Of a stretch of DNA of 64,000 nucleotides, positions 19,806 through 28,455 are shown one piece after another. The first letter of the stretch is position 1. The number at the start of each line of letters is the position of its first letter. The translations under genes and the position numbers were made by a program. This DNA is from a virus, in IMG/VR virus record IMGVR_UViG_3300028920_000035, positions 32,001 through 96,000 of that record; one strand, 5' to 3'. The notes beneath the pieces were generated by a model. The model did not search any database and had not been told where the DNA came from. It worked only from the letters and a program-made list of their open reading frames with translations.

Positions 19806-20935
19806 GCTACGATCGCAAAATTGATCACACTTGCCCACACTTCGTCCGCGATGAGATGCTCTTTGTGGAGTCGGACCGTCGTACGTTCAAACCCTTCCGC
19901 CCCATCTCGGCCATTAACTCGGTTTCTCTTCGTGTCGATGGGATCGCTTCGGTTCCTTCGACCGGCCTGCTGAATGCCGCCACACTCACAGGCAACCGCC
20001 CAGAGCCCTTCAACATCACGTCTGGCAGCGACAAGCTCGTCTTGAGCGTCGATGGGGGCCCTGACCAGACGCTCACGGCGGTGACTGGCAAGGGCCTCAG
20101 CGCCATTCAGATCGTCCGTTCGCTCCAACATCAGGTCAGCGGCATCGAGGTCGTCCAAGTAGGGCGGAAGGTCGGCATCCGTTCGCGCACCAAGGGCCAG
20201 CAGGCTCGCGTACAGACGCGCGGCGGTGGGCTAGGCCCAGTGCTCGGCATCCTCAACAATCGCGTTTTCAGAGGCCAGCAGGCGATACCTGGGTGGTCCC
20301 TGGTCTACGACCCCAACACCGAGCTCAGCCGCCCGACCCGGCTCATCGTGTTCGACAGGGAATTGCCCGGGTACGCGAGCTACATCGAGGTCGACTACTC
20401 GACCATTCGCGAGGAGTGTCGTCGCTGTGGCGGTCTTGGGGTCGAGAACGATTGGCGGTACGGCGGTACGGGAGAGGTCACACAAGTGACCAACGAAGTG
20501 CTCCTGCTTCAAGAATTCCAGAAATTCTGCTTCACTCTGTTGGGGTCCAATCCCTTCAACAGTTGGTACGGGACAGAGATTCTGAACGCGGTGGGCAAGA
20601 AGCTGTCCGATGCCGCTTTGCTCCAGAACTTCATCTTGACCGACATCTACGAAGGGTTTCGACGCTGGCAGTCGATCAAGAAGCAGCAGGAGGAAACGGT
20701 TGGGCAGGAAGTGTCTGACGAGGAATTCCCTTTGCGTCTGGTCAATGTGACAATGCAGCTCAGCCAACAGGATCCGACGGTCGTCTTCGTCAACGTCGTC
20801 ATCCAGAGCCGGTCGCTAAAAGAGGTACAGTTCGAGCGAGGCATCCGGCTACCTCAACCGCTCGACGTCATGGGTTCTACGGCTCAGGAAGGTGTGTTCC
20901 GTGAGTCAATCAACCGCGCAAGGTTGGTGGGGTAA
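19802..20935 (+). CDS. Baseplate wedge/sheath initiator, gp25-like C-terminal domain with N-terminal extension
   Basis: LLQEFQKFCFTLLGSNPFNSWYGTEI matches the gp25/GPW pattern. HTCPH and CRRCGG may form a Zn site. Precedes the baseplate J-like gene. Confidence 0.7.
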   Translation: MSYDRKIDHTCPHFVRDEMLFVESDRRTFKPFRPISAINSVSLRVDGIASVPSTGLLNAATLTGNRPEPFNITSGSDKLVLSVDGGPDQTLTAVTGKGLSAIQIVRSLQHQVSGIEVVQVGRKVGIRSRTKGQQARVQTRGGGLGPVLGILNNRVFRGQQAIPGWSLVYDPNTELSRPTRLIVFDRELPGYASYIEVDYSTIREECRRCGGLGVENDWRYGGTGEVTQVTNEVLLLQEFQKFCFTLLGSNPFNSWYGTEILNAVGKKLSDAALLQNFILTDIYEGFRRWQSIKKQQEETVGQEVSDEEFPLRLVNVTMQLSQQDPTVVFVNVVIQSRSLKEVQFERGIRLPQPLDVMGSTAQEGVFRESINRARLVG

Positions 20936-20938
20936 AGC

Positions 20939-23900
20939 ATGGCAACGGCACCGCAAATCGACCTACGTGACGGCAGTGGCGATACCGCCCAGGCGGTTGA
21001 GTTCTCGACCAATCAGGACTTCGTTTCCCTGACTGGCATGGTGACCACCAACACGGTCGACCTTCAAGTCGCCATCAACAGCTCGACCTTCGTTTCCGAC
21101 CCGACGCTTGTGAAGCTCGATGGGGCAAACTTCACGGTCCCCAACCCGGACCTGATGCCAGACGGGATTCCTCTAGATTCTGGGATCAACACTATCCAAC
21201 TGCGGGCCATCGACATCAGCGGGGGGGTCAGTGCGCCTTCCACGGCTCAGGTGAGCCGCATCACTCTGGACCGGAACGTCGAGGATCTAATTCCAACCGG
21301 GGTCCGCCTGCGCCGCCGTCGGGATTCAGTGCAAATTCTTTGCACTCAGCAGAGCACCGCGTCCGTGGGAGACCAGCCTGATGACCTGGAGTTCCGGGGG
21401 TTCAACTTCTACGCCTCGACCGCGCCCGGGGGCACAACCGGCTACTACAAGGTTAACAGAACGCCCGTCACGGACATTGACACCATCGAGGAAGATTTCT
21501 ACCCGTTGGACGGCGGGGAAATCGAAACGACCTGGAGCCCGACGGGTAACTACATCCGCATCGAGGTGACGGAGGTCGATGAGTTCGGTGTCGAGCTGCA
21601 CCGACATGTGGACTCCACCCTCAATGCGCGCATGGTCGAGTCCGACCTGAAGTTCACGTCTGAGTTGACGGGCATCACCCGGACGGATTTTGCAGCCTTC
21701 ATTCACAATCGCAATGGCGGGTCGAACATCATCAACTCCGACCTGTTTCTCGGAGTCCCTGACTCAGATCCTCTCTACTATGTCGTGGCCGGTGTCTACT
21801 ACGACCCCGTTGTCAACGTCGAGTTTGAGTCGCCCTACAGTCAGGAGCTGGTTGGCAAGCCTCATGTTATCGACACCGCCATTCGGGACCTGCCAGGACG
21901 CCGGCAGATTGATGTGGTGGTGGACTATGTGGATGCAGTGCAGCGGGTCAACACCGAGATCGCACTCATTCCGGGCTCGACGACGCGCGACGTGAGCATC
22001 GACCCGTTCGCCAGCGAGGTCGAACGTATCTGGTTCCTACTTGACTTCGTGCACCGCAGCCAGTCATTCCTGACCCTGCTTCAGATCGACGATGTGAACA
22101 ACGACGGGGTGAGTGATCCTGTGCGCAATAGCGCCTATAAGCAGGCGCTCAAGGCCGCTCTGGGGTACACCAACGATCAGGCTGTCCAGAACCTGATTGA
22201 CACCCAGTTCGAGAAGCTCGCCTCGAATTTCGACAAAGCCCGCCTCTCCGGGCGTGCGGCCATCGGCGAGGTCGTCTTCTACACGGCGACAAGACCCGTT
22301 GAGGACAAGACCATTGCCACGGGCACTGTCGTCTCGACCGATTCTGACAACGGCACCGCCTCACGCTTCATCGTCGGTGGTACGTTCGTCATGTTGGCGG
22401 CCAATGCTGACGCCTACTACAATTTTGACACCCAACGGTACGAGATTGTTGCGGACGTCGTTGCCGAGTCTCCTGGCTCAGCTGGCAACCGCCCCGCCAA
22501 CACGATCAAGAACGTCCAGGGTGATGTCGGCGGGCTTAGTGTTACCAACACTGAAGCCACCGTCTTCGGGCGCAATCGGGAAAGCAACCACGACCTGGCA
22601 ATTCGAGCCCAGTTGGGCTTCAGTTCCGTCGATACCGGTACCGAGGGTGGCTACCTCGAAACGAGTGCCAACCAGGTTGGCGTCATCAAGAGCAAGGTTG
22701 TCAAGAGTGGCGACCCCTTGATGATGCGCGACTGGGACCCTATTCGAGTCAAGCACATCGGTGGCAAGGTCGATGTCTGGGTCCAAGGGCTCAAAGAGCG
22801 CACGGTTACCGACACCTTTGCCTTCACCTTCGACATCGCTCGGGACATTCGCTGCGACATCATCGATGTAGCCAACCTCACCTTCCGTGTCCAAGACTCG
22901 CGCGTGACGGAGGACACTCCCATCATCGAGATTCTGGATAACCTGACCCAAGGGTTGGGCGTCCGCAACGTGACCGCGGCAGCGAACTACGACCTCTCGG
23001 GGGTCACCATCCTCGATTACAACACCTTCCAGCTCAACACGAGCATTCCACAGCCAACCACGGCCATCGACGACGTGATCACGGCGGACTACCGGTTTCG
23101 CAGCATCAACCAGTTCATCTTCACGCTTCAGCCCGTACGGCGCGTCATCTCAGTCGTCGGCGAGACTTCGGGTGCCCTCGACCCCTTGCTAGGGTATGAC
23201 CTCTACAAGACGGATGACCCCCTACTCGATGGGGAGTCCACCATTGCCCAGAATTACCTCGTCATCAACCAGGTGGGCGGGATTCCGAGTGGCGACACGG
23301 TTCCCGTCAACGACGAGACCCATGTTCTCATCGGCTTCTTCGAGGAGCCCTTGGCGAGCGTCGGTATCAACACTGCCACGTTACGTATTTTCAACGAAGA
23401 GCGCACGGTCGAGTACAATGGTCCCGATGCGACCGTTCCTGACTACGACATCGTAGGCGGAACTCCCACAACCCCTATTCGCGTCGTGCGGACCAATGAC
23501 TCACAGATTGTCAGCGGCGAAACCGTGAGCGTCGACTATGAGCATGACGAGAACTTCGTCGTGACCTATGTGGTCAACGACTTGCTTCAGGAGCTGCAAG
23601 CGACCTTCAACCAACAGCGACACATTACGGCGGATGTGCTTGCCAAACAGGCGGTCGAGAACGAGCTCGTTCTCGAGACCTCGGTTCAGCTCAATCCTGG
23701 CGCCAAAAAAGACAAGGCTGACCCAGCCATCCGCTCAAATGTGTCGGTCGAGCTGAACAGCCGCACCATCGGGCAGGGAGTCGCCCAATCGGACGTGATC
23801 CAGTCCATTGACGCCACGGAGGGGGTGGACTTCCAGGTTCTGCCGCTTGCCAAGATGGGGTACTCCGATGGATCCGTGAAGCTCCGGGAAGGAGTTCGTA

Positions 23901-24373
23901 CCGATTATGAGCGGGTGACCAGCCTCGATATAGGGGGCAACCGTGCCTTCATCCTCACCGATGCTCTTGACTACCCCACGACCGATGGTGGGGGCCTGGT
24001 CACCGAACACAAGGGCGTGTTCCAGGACGACCGGGCGATGACGCTCAGCTCGACTTTTACCACGGTCGCTTTGACAGCTCCTGGAGCCTTCATCATCGGT
24101 GCCGACGGCGCCATCATCAACGGGTACACAGACGATGTCACGCTCATCGCTGACGGCTTCACGGATCCGGAGGAGATTAAGGCCGAACGCGTACGGCGCA
24201 CCGCCAACCACGTCCTGGTCGCGCTCGCGGGATCAGTCGACGTTCCGACGGACCATGACTACGCGGCGAGCTACGTAGTCCGCAACGATTCTGGCCCACA
24301 CGACCTCGTGGCTTCACAGGTTGAGTTCGTGAGCCAAGGACCCTTCACCATTACCATCCGTGAGACAAGCTAA
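20939..24373 (+). CDS. Baseplate J-like (gp6-type) wedge protein, extended
   Basis: IPGSTTRD, AAIGEVVFY...IATGTVVST, VVAESPGSAGNRPANTI, VTNTEATVFGRNRESNHDL and GGKVDVWV follow the Baseplate_J signature order. Confidence 0.85.
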   Translation: MATAPQIDLRDGSGDTAQAVEFSTNQDFVSLTGMVTTNTVDLQVAINSSTFVSDPTLVKLDGANFTVPNPDLMPDGIPLDSGINTIQLRAIDISGGVSAPSTAQVSRITLDRNVEDLIPTGVRLRRRRDSVQILCTQQSTASVGDQPDDLEFRGFNFYASTAPGGTTGYYKVNRTPVTDIDTIEEDFYPLDGGEIETTWSPTGNYIRIEVTEVDEFGVELHRHVDSTLNARMVESDLKFTSELTGITRTDFAAFIHNRNGGSNIINSDLFLGVPDSDPLYYVVAGVYYDPVVNVEFESPYSQELVGKPHVIDTAIRDLPGRRQIDVVVDYVDAVQRVNTEIALIPGSTTRDVSIDPFASEVERIWFLLDFVHRSQSFLTLLQIDDVNNDGVSDPVRNSAYKQALKAALGYTNDQAVQNLIDTQFEKLASNFDKARLSGRAAIGEVVFYTATRPVEDKTIATGTVVSTDSDNGTASRFIVGGTFVMLAANADAYYNFDTQRYEIVADVVAESPGSAGNRPANTIKNVQGDVGGLSVTNTEATVFGRNRESNHDLAIRAQLGFSSVDTGTEGGYLETSANQVGVIKSKVVKSGDPLMMRDWDPIRVKHIGGKVDVWVQGLKERTVTDTFAFTFDIARDIRCDIIDVANLTFRVQDSRVTEDTPIIEILDNLTQGLGVRNVTAAANYDLSGVTILDYNTFQLNTSIPQPTTAIDDVITADYRFRSINQFIFTLQPVRRVISVVGETSGALDPLLGYDLYKTDDPLLDGESTIAQNYLVINQVGGIPSGDTVPVNDETHVLIGFFEEPLASVGINTATLRIFNEERTVEYNGPDATVPDYDIVGGTPTTPIRVVRTNDSQIVSGETVSVDYEHDENFVVTYVVNDLLQELQATFNQQRHITADVLAKQAVENELVLETSVQLNPGAKKDKADPAIRSNVSVELNSRTIGQGVAQSDVIQSIDATEGVDFQVLPLAKMGYSDGSVKLREGVRTDYERVTSLDIGGNRAFILTDALDYPTTDGGGLVTEHKGVFQDDRAMTLSSTFTTVALTAPGAFIIGADGAIINGYTDDVTLIADGFTDPEEIKAERVRRTANHVLVALAGSVDVPTDHDYAASYVVRNDSGPHDLVASQVEFVSQGPFTITIRETS

Positions 24374-25189
24374 GTGGCCCGCTTCGTCATTGATCCGAAT
24401 CGGATCAACTTCAACATCGAACGCAAGGGCAAGGAGTATCAACTCCGGGTAATCCAGCGGGCCCAGACTATCTTCTCAACCCTCCTAAACCTCCTACCTT
24501 CCAACTATGTGGCAGCCGTTCAAGGTGCCAACTACACCAATGAGTTGAAGGTCGTCGCGGTTGAGCTGGCGAAGATTGAGCTAGAGCTGGAAGACATCAA
24601 CCTGGACATCGACTTCAGCGCCACGAGGTCTGAGTTCCTGTACTCAATCGCGGGGTACCTGGTCTTCCTCAACGGTCGCATCCCTGCACTGGAGTTCGAT
24701 GGTGAGGAGTTCCGGCGCTTCGTCCTGTCGCTCATCCGAATCTATTTCCAAGGGTCAGTCCCCAAGAGCATTCGAGATGCGGTAGACTTGTTTTTGGCGG
24801 GCGAGTTCGAGGTCTTGGAGAACTTCCTCTTGGTGCGACAGGGGGTGAGCGGGCTCGACATCAGCGATCAGTTCGGATTCCAGGTGAACGTCGAAGCCCC
24901 CCCGGGGGAGGGTCTCCCCGAGGACATTTTCGGGATTCAGGGTGCGATCAAAACCGTCGTCAACGTGGTTCGACCAGCCCACACCCTGTTCAGGATTAGG
25001 TACATTTTCAACGACGACTACGTACCAAATGGTGAAATTGGTGAGGTTTTAGACGCCATGCGCTGGTGGCTAGCTGCGTACTACTACGACGATTTCCGTT
25101 CCTACTGGGACGGTCTTCGGGACCGTGATCGGCTGGGGCGCAAGACCAATTGCCGGGTAACCGGTGAAGACCACTCGGCCGATTTTTGA
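24374..25189 (+). CDS. Baseplate wedge protein (P2 gpI/gp7-like)
   Basis: Follows the J-like gene. Contains FRRFVLSLIRIYFQGS...IRDAV and VVNVVRPAHT motifs. Confidence 0.75.
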   Translation: MARFVIDPNRINFNIERKGKEYQLRVIQRAQTIFSTLLNLLPSNYVAAVQGANYTNELKVVAVELAKIELELEDINLDIDFSATRSEFLYSIAGYLVFLNGRIPALEFDGEEFRRFVLSLIRIYFQGSVPKSIRDAVDLFLAGEFEVLENFLLVRQGVSGLDISDQFGFQVNVEAPPGEGLPEDIFGIQGAIKTVVNVVRPAHTLFRIRYIFNDDYVPNGEIGEVLDAMRWWLAAYYYDDFRSYWDGLRDRDRLGRKTNCRVTGEDHSADF

Positions 25190-25235
25190 GAATCTGCTTT
25201 TACCCAGCCTCAGGGCAACGGAGGACAACCGACCA

Positions 25236-25781
25236 ATGCTCATCCAAAGCCACTCGCTCAAGGCCCGCGCCTGTGTTCGCGTCCACCACGAGCGCGCCTA
25301 CGACTATGACGACCAGACTGGACTCTACCTCTACAAGCAGGCGGACGAGGACGAAGAGGTCGGCAACCTCGTGACCGATGCGGGGCGTGTCGTATTGCAC
25401 ACCTTCATCTATGGCTCGTCGGCTCAGCGCACATCGGCGGGGCTCGGCACCGGGATGTATTGGATCGGTCTCTCCGACGACGCCAGCGCCCCCGCAGCGG
25501 GCGACACTTCGCTTGCGAGCGAGCTGACCGCTGACGGTTTGGCTCGTGCCGATGCCAGCACGACGGGCACCATCACGCTCCCAACGGGCTCCGGCACCAT
25601 CACCACGATCTCGAACCAATTCACCTACACTGGCGCTTCCCAGGGTGTTCAGAAGACAGCGCTCTTCGACGACGCGGGGCCACCCGTCAACGGCAACATG
25701 GCTCACGAGATCCAATTTACGCAGCGGACCCTGTTTACAAATGATACGTTGACGCTGACGTTTTCCATAACGCTTACGTAG
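25236..25781 (+). CDS. Tail collar / fibre-anchor-like protein (181 aa)
   Basis: SD GGAGGA before ATG 25236. NLVTDAG...YWIGL......A.DTSL.SEL...ALF...LTLTFSIT pattern of fibre N-terminal/collar domains. Confidence 0.65.
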   Translation: MLIQSHSLKARACVRVHHERAYDYDDQTGLYLYKQADEDEEVGNLVTDAGRVVLHTFIYGSSAQRTSAGLGTGMYWIGLSDDASAPAAGDTSLASELTADGLARADASTTGTITLPTGSGTITTISNQFTYTGASQGVQKTALFDDAGPPVNGNMAHEIQFTQRTLFTNDTLTLTFSITLT

Positions 25782-25785
25782 ACTT

Positions 25786-25807
25786 AGCCCCCCTTCGGGT
25801 GGGTTTT
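25786..25807 (+). terminator. Intrinsic terminator with cUUCGg tetraloop
   Basis: AGCCCCCC-TTCG-GGTGGGT-TTT begins 5 nt after the TAG stop. One mismatch in the stem. Confidence 0.65.
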
Positions 25808-25965
25808 AACAAGAGGACGTGGTGGCCGAGCTGGGCATCGCGGCCAAGACGCTGCGTCAGGGCTCAAGGCAGCAGGGCTTGTGGTGCCCCAACGGGCGCC
25901 TTCCGCCGCTCGCGAACGTGACAGGCAGGTAGCCATCTAAAGCAGCCTGCTTTGTTGCATTTTGG

Positions 25966-25978
25966 AAGAACTATTTGT
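25966..25978 (+). promoter_or_regulatory. Putative phage late-promoter motif (AAGAACTATTTGT)
   Basis: Looser copy of the WWCnTYTTRT-like motif, 14 nt before ATG 25993. Confidence 0.35.
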
Positions 25979-25992
25979 GCCCGACTTCGAGT

Positions 25993-26412
25993 ATGAAACT
26001 CTCTGATCCTCGTGACCTACAGCTTGAACTCCAGGCCCTTCGTCGGTACGCCGCGTCCCCACGACCGTCCCGCAAGCTGATTGCCGAAGTCCTTCAGGCA
26101 CTTGCCGCCAGCGTCGAAGGGGAAGGCCGCTCGAAGACCGCTCGGGGAGGATTCAACCCCCTTCTGGTGGACCAGATTCGGGACATGACCAACCGGAACC
26201 ACCACACACGGGCGATGGCTTTGGGTGCCAAGATGCTGGGATACACGCACCTGGCCAAGCGCATACAGCTCCTATCTCAGCTGGTTGACTTGGAGGGCTA
26301 CCTGCCCCCCACGCTCAAGAATTATTCCAACGGTCTGTACGATGTCTTGATGGGGCAGGCCGAGCGTACTCTTTCAAAAGAAGAGTACGCTGAGTTCTAT
26401 GCTGCATTCTGA
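25993..26412 (+). CDS. Small helical protein with leader-like N-terminus (139 aa)
   Basis: ATG 25993 has no SD. A ~44-aa basic amphipathic N-region ends in SKTA, followed by a helical domain. Confidence 0.65.
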   Translation: MKLSDPRDLQLELQALRRYAASPRPSRKLIAEVLQALAASVEGEGRSKTARGGFNPLLVDQIRDMTNRNHHTRAMALGAKMLGYTHLAKRIQLLSQLVDLEGYLPPTLKNYSNGLYDVLMGQAERTLSKEEYAEFYAAF

Positions 26413-26418
26413 CCGGCA

Positions 26419-26431
26419 CTGATCGTCTTGT
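26419..26431 (+). promoter_or_regulatory. Putative phage late-promoter motif (CTGATCGTCTTGT)
   Basis: 19 nt before ATG 26451. Confidence 0.4.
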
Positions 26432-26450
26432 GCACCGTGGTTAGGGAGTC

Positions 26451-27725
26451 ATGGCATTCGCGACGATCCAAATCACTCAGGGCGCAACCGTCGGAGGGGG
26501 TGGTGAGTCTGTCATTGGCCTCGTTCCTGGCACCGACATCACACTGACCGACTCTGGGGGTGCCGGCGCCACGAGCTACCTTTGGGAGATTCTCCAGTGG
26601 CCTGCTCCTGATGCGGTAGCACCCACTTTGGTCAATTCGACCAACCAGGTCTGCACGGTTCAAGCAGGAGCAGGTCTGACCGACGGTGTGTACATCGTTC
26701 GTCTGACCCGGGATGATCCGGCTGATGGTGTATCAGCAGACACCAAATTCTTTGCCGTCGCGGACGACGACGGGCTGTCGTTGCCTGTGGCCGGCATGAA
26801 CCGCACAATGAGCAACGTCTTAGGCTCCAGCGAGGCCCAAAAAGCGGGTTGGTTCGGGTCCACGGCGGGAGGCACCAACGTCTTCCTCGACGCCTACTTG
26901 CGTCTCAGAAGGGCCAGGGAAGGCCTATCCAAGGTTAGTTCGAATGACACCACCTTTCTCCATCTGGAGAACAAGGTGGCCGTCGGGGTTGGTATCAGTA
27001 AGCAGACCCTCAACGATGGCGCTTCAGAGCAGGTCGAGCTGAGTTCTTTGCTGGAGACCATCTTGACCCCTACCCTGATCACCGCGGATCAGGACGACTA
27101 CACCCCTACGGGGTTCGGACCCGCGGGCGTCTTGCGCCTTTCGACAAATGCCTCGCGCACCATTACGGGCTTCGGGACGGCCACCGAGCAGCCCATCAAG
27201 CACCTTGTGAACGTGGGCTCGAATGACCTCGTTCTATCCCACCAGAACAGCAACTCGACGGCGGCCAACCGCATCACGACCCCCGATGGCCAGAACTTCA
27301 CGATTAGCCCCAATGGGACTACTGCCCTTTGGTACGACACCACCAGCTTGACGTGGCGAATTCTTGACTATTCAAGCGGTGGTAATGGGGGCGCCGTTGC
27401 TGAGTCGTTCATCAGCCCCACAGCTCTGGCAGCCAACACCGACGACTATGGTCCCACGGATTGGCAGACGGCCACCGTGGTGCGTCTCAGCACAAATGGT
27501 AGTGACTACGACATCACGGGCTTTGTGGCCCCCACGGGAGACGCAGTTCGGAAAACGCTCATCAACGTCGATTCGACGTCGACCATCACTCTGAAGAACG
27601 AGGACTCCAACTCGACGGCGACCAACCGCATCACCACGTCCCCCGGTACAGGATTTGCCATGCTGCCTGAGGATGCCGTCGAGATCTTGTACGACCCAAC
27701 CAGCGAGCGGTGGAGGACGGTGTGA
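26451..27725 (+). CDS. Fibre/appendage protein: Ig/PKD-like anchor plus two tandem C-terminal domains
   Basis: SYLWEI...DGVYIVRLT is Ig-like. Two ~105-aa repeats (PT....DDY.PT......RLSTN...ITGF...L.NV....L....SNSTA.NRITT...W.). Confidence 0.7.
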   Translation: MAFATIQITQGATVGGGGESVIGLVPGTDITLTDSGGAGATSYLWEILQWPAPDAVAPTLVNSTNQVCTVQAGAGLTDGVYIVRLTRDDPADGVSADTKFFAVADDDGLSLPVAGMNRTMSNVLGSSEAQKAGWFGSTAGGTNVFLDAYLRLRRAREGLSKVSSNDTTFLHLENKVAVGVGISKQTLNDGASEQVELSSLLETILTPTLITADQDDYTPTGFGPAGVLRLSTNASRTITGFGTATEQPIKHLVNVGSNDLVLSHQNSNSTAANRITTPDGQNFTISPNGTTALWYDTTSLTWRILDYSSGGNGGAVAESFISPTALAANTDDYGPTDWQTATVVRLSTNGSDYDITGFVAPTGDAVRKTLINVDSTSTITLKNEDSNSTATNRITTSPGTGFAMLPEDAVEILYDPTSERWRTV

Positions 27726-28417
27726 CTTTTCTCGAACGGCCCATGGTCCATGACTCCAACGACGTCGTCATTTGGCGCGGGGATGGGGTATCTGGCAATT
27801 CCATCAGCAATCTCGGGTCTGGGGGCTCGTCCTACGATCTAGTCGGAAGCGGGGCAAGCGTTACCACGGGGGCAGCGCCTTTCTGGTCGAGTTTCAACTC
27901 CGACGCGGAGTTCTACCAGAGTGCCAACATGGCGTTCGGGGTTTCGCTGACGAGTGGGATCACCATCTCCTGTTGGATTTACACGTCGGCTCCATCGTCC
28001 CTGGATCGAATCATCATCAAGCAGAACAACGCTACCTGGGCAGGCTCACCCATCTACCCGGTGGGGTTGATCATGCAGGGCTCCACAGAGGTTCGAGCGG
28101 TCGTGAATGATGCAGCAGCTCAGGTAGTGGCTACCAGCGTCGGGGTTGGGGCTTGGCACCACGCGGGGCTGACAGTCAATGCCGCACAGGACACTCTTGA
28201 GTTCTATGTGGACGGTATTTCAAAGGGGGCTGACACCATTTCAGGAGGTCTTGACCTGGACAACGACAACGGTCCCTGGTGCCTTGGGGGTCGTACTAAC
28301 TCAAACTTTTTCGGGGGAAACATCTGGGATGCTCGGATCGCTACCACCGTGCGGCCCGCGGCCTGGTTTCAGAACAGTTATGTGCGAGGTCTGCGGTTCT
28401 TCGGCACCTATGCCTGA
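27722..28417 (+). CDS. Concanavalin A-like/LamG lectin-fold protein
   Basis: GTG overlaps the upstream TGA, with SD GGAGG. ITISCWIY, GAWHHAGLT, LEFYVDG and FFGGNIWDARI form the LamG-3 signature. Confidence 0.8.
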   Translation: MTFLERPMVHDSNDVVIWRGDGVSGNSISNLGSGGSSYDLVGSGASVTTGAAPFWSSFNSDAEFYQSANMAFGVSLTSGITISCWIYTSAPSSLDRIIIKQNNATWAGSPIYPVGLIMQGSTEVRAVVNDAAAQVVATSVGVGAWHHAGLTVNAAQDTLEFYVDGISKGADTISGGLDLDNDNGPWCLGGRTNSNFFGGNIWDARIATTVRPAAWFQNSYVRGLRFFGTYA

Positions 28418-28423
28418 TTTCTG

Positions 28424-28436
28424 GGTTTCCTTCTAT
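28424..28436 (+). promoter_or_regulatory. Putative phage late-promoter motif (GGTTTCCTTCTAT)
   Basis: 19 nt before ATG 28456. Confidence 0.4.
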
Positions 28437-28455
28437 GCTCTTGCTCAGGGCGTAG

